DNA of 64,000 nt, taken from positions 73,594,001-73,658,000 of the forward strand of contig OZ024740.1 in NCBI GenBank assembly GCA_964016885.1. The letters run 5' to 3'. The stretch's first letter is position 1. Each line of letters opens with the position of its first letter. This DNA is from Eledone cirrhosa (taxonomy: Eukaryota). The notes beneath the pieces were generated by a model. That model saw only the letters and a list, made by a program, of their open reading frames with translations, was not told the DNA's origin and did no database searches. The position numbers and the translations under genes were made by a program. Shown here in pieces: positions 61,185-64,000 of this stretch.

Positions 61185-63500
61185 ATCATCATCATCATCA
61201 TCACCATCACTGTTTTACGTCCGTTCTTCCACGCTAGCATGGGTTAGATGGGTTGTCCTGTTGTGGGCAGTGTCTGGTCGGCTGACCATGCTTTGCTCAT
61301 ACAGGAACTGATTTGGCTTGATTTCTACAGCTGGATGCCCTTCCTAACACCAACCTCATTTACAGTGAGTGCTGGGTGCTTTTTCGTGGCGCCTACACGT
61401 CCACTTTACAGTGTGGGCTGGGTGCTTCTTTGCTGTGGCACCTCCACGACCACCTTGCAGTGGGAGGGTGTGGGGGCATATTGTCTATATGCTTCAGGTT
61501 GTAACCATGTGAGGTCGGGTACTCTGTATACTGCGTGACGCCAGAGGTCACGGTCGTGTGTCATCGCCTTTGAGAGGTGCAATTGGGTAAAGTCGGCTTT
61601 TATCACCTCATCCCAGGTCTTCTTGGATCTCCCCACTCCGCGGTTTCCATTGACTTCTAGTGCTCTGCACCTTTTTATGCAGCTGTCATCCTTCATACGC
61701 ATCACGTCCTTACCAACGCAACCGCCTCTCCTGCACACAGCATTTGATTCCTCTTATGCTCAGTCTCTCTCTCAATTCATTTATGCTTTGTCGTTCGCGT
61801 ATATTACTATTACACAATCATCGGAGCATGCAGGCTTCGTTTCTCTCTAATCTACGTAAGTCTTACACCTTCAGCGCCCAGGTCTTACTACCATGTCACA
61901 TTGCTGTTCGGATACACGCATCATACAGTCTGCCTTTCATTTTGAAGGAGAAGCCTTTTGCAGCTAGCAGTGGCAGTAGTTCCCTGAACTTCTTCCATCC
62001 CGTTCTTATCCTAGTTATTGTACTTTCTGAACACTCACCTCCGCTGCTAATTCGGTCACCTAGGTAGCAGAAGCTGTCTACTGTTTCTACAGAGCCCTCC
62101 CAGAGATTGGTGGTACTTGTTTCCTGTGGCTGTTTGCTGCTTGCTGTCCCAGCACAGCTGCTACATGTGAAGCCTACATTCTTAGTTAAGCTTCCTGAGA
62201 TCCTGCTACATCTCTTGTGTACCCATTGTTTGCATTTGGGGCAGAGAATGGAGTTCCTACCTACACCTTTCCTACATACTGAGCGAGGCCATTTCCCTGA
62301 GGGAATCTGGGTTCATGTAAGGTTGATGCTCCACCGATTGCACAAGAGAGGTTGTTATGTCTTTGACACAACTGACGGCCCTCCTGACCCTTTTGTTTGG
62401 CAAGATGCCTTTTCTATCACCAACCACTTTATATTGTGTACTGGGTGCGTTTATCTTGTAGATCACCAATAGTAGGGAGGCTGTCACGTCCTTGACATGA
62501 ATGAAGGATCCTCCAAACCACTTGTTTGATGTTGAGGATAACTGTTGGGGAGTGGATGCTGGGGAAGGGGGTATGCTGTAGTTCGGATCACAAGCCATTT
62601 GTCTACACCTTGCTTCCTAAGTGCCCACCAGATTATAGAGCATGGGATCCTGTCAAAGGCCTTCTCCAGATCATCAAATGCTAGATACAGTGGCTTACTC
62701 TTAGCTAAATACCTCTCCTCTAGTTGTCTCACCAGTAAGAAGGCTTCAGTAGTACTCCTACCTGACATAAATCCAAACTTCTTCTCATCTAACCCGATTC
62801 TGTCCCTAATTAGCTGTGCTATGCATCTGACTAGTTTGTATCGTACCATGCCAGGTGCTTTAGCAGCTCAGCAACTATACTGGATGGTCCAGCTGCTTTC
62901 CTTACCTTCATGTCCTTAATTGCTTTATCTATCAAACTGCTGTCAATTTTTATGGCTGGCCACTCAGTAGAGTCTGCATGGAGTAGGCTCTCACTCTCCC
63001 ATTCGTTTTCCTCGTTCAGCAGTCTCTCATAGTAGGTTTTCTATGGCTCCTCTTCAGTATCAGACAGGGCAAATGCCCAACTGTTATTTCTTCAACCACA
63101 TCACGATTTTCTCAAACATAAAGTCTTGCAATCCTGAACACTTCACACCTCTGATCTTCATGGTGCAAATTTCTTCTTTTTTGCCTCGCCCCTCACTAAA
63201 TAACCTTGGTGCCTAGCCTCCCTTCTTGCTATCTGGTGTTGCTTTCTGTCTCCTCTGTTCCTCTATTTTCTCCAAGCTTTTCTTTTTTATAGCTCTTTCT
63301 ACCTTGCATTCCACCATCATGTCGCTCTCTGTCCTTCTGGGACCTTGCTCCAGCCACAGACCTGGCTTGTGGCTTCTAGTAGGTTGTCCCATAGAAATTC
63401 CCAATTTTTCTCTATATGTCTCTAACTCCTCTTCCTTACTGTTATCTACAGCAGTTTCTCTCAACTTCCAAGTTTTCCTTCTCCAGACTGCTTTTGTCTC
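61185..63500 (-). mobile_element. Decayed RTE (second subfamily) with a nested SINE-like insert (~62313-62590)
   Basis: DLEKAFDRIP, PHD remnant, GVGRSKKTWDEVIKADF; 3' UTR identical in type to 32510-32967. Confidence 0.85.
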
Positions 63501-63884
63501 TTGGTCCAGCTTAGAGGTAGGAGAGCCACCCAAGTTTTTGGTGATACCCAGAGGATTTATATGCATGTCAGGTTCTTTTGTGTTTTGTATTGTTTGCCAT
63601 ACAAATGTATGTAGTCATTCCCCGTACCAGTGTCAGCAGTAGCTACAACCCTTCACTAAGTTTTTTGTACCCTAAATGATGTTTATACTATAGTGGCAAA
63701 GTGTGTGTGGAGGGGTGTACAACCTACTACCCTCCATGTCAGCATGGTAAGATGAACCGATAGGGAAGGGCTTTTGGGAATTGGCCTCCATGGATGCACT
63801 ACACTGTAAAAGGAGGACTGTAGGTGTACTCTAGGAGTAGTGCGGTGAAACATTTTAGTAGGGTTTAGTTATATATTAAAAGTT

Positions 63885-64000
63885 TGTCTCAAGCCCGAAG
63901 GCTCATCAGGCCAGTACTTATCCTGGTTTCCATAGTGTAAAGCAACTGAGAATACAAGACTTCCCCTGAGACAGGACACCAGCTCATCCCAGGGTTAATT
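63885..64000 (-). mobile_element. 3' end of another tRNA-SINE family, running off the window
   Basis: GCTCATCAGGCCAGTACTTATCCTGGTTTCCATAGTGTAAAGCAACT.. resembles a widespread invertebrate SINE tail in reverse. Confidence 0.5.

Noticed and set aside
63880-63915. Minus-strand CUGAUGA-GCC-UUCG-GGC hammerhead-like core
   Set aside because: Followed by UUGAGAC rather than GAAA, with no stem I/III; it is part of a SINE tail.

Overview
AT-rich, microsatellite-laden eukaryotic DNA. Its SINE/LINE repertoire resembles an octopus (cephalopod) genome; this is an inference from the repeat families. One host gene can be reconstructed on the minus strand by splice sites and phases: a six-exon C18orf21/UPF0711 (RMP24, RPP21-like RNase MRP subunit) homologue at about 17737-37999. 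A TATA/Inr-driven small secreted-peptide gene candidate lies at 1843-2141 (-). Most of the rest is mobile DNA: hAT, mariner, piggyBac and MITE DNA transposons; CRE-, R4/Dong-, Tx1-, CR1- and RTE-type non-LTR retroelements (one RTE has an intact ORF with a PHD finger inside the RT); many tRNA-derived SINEs; and Helitrons. The most unusual element is a 5-kb Helentron/Helitron2-type unit at 46371-51401. It has 13-bp subterminal inverted repeats and a terminal hairpin, and its PIF1 helicase runs in frame (through one stop) into an intact USP/C19 deubiquitinase domain, followed by Cys-rich mini-exons and an SGNH hydrolase. Also notable are a hammerhead-like motif in a 510-bp Penelope/retrozyme-like unit and a convergent pair of tRNA-like Pol III cassettes. 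All assignments are by eye; no searches were run.
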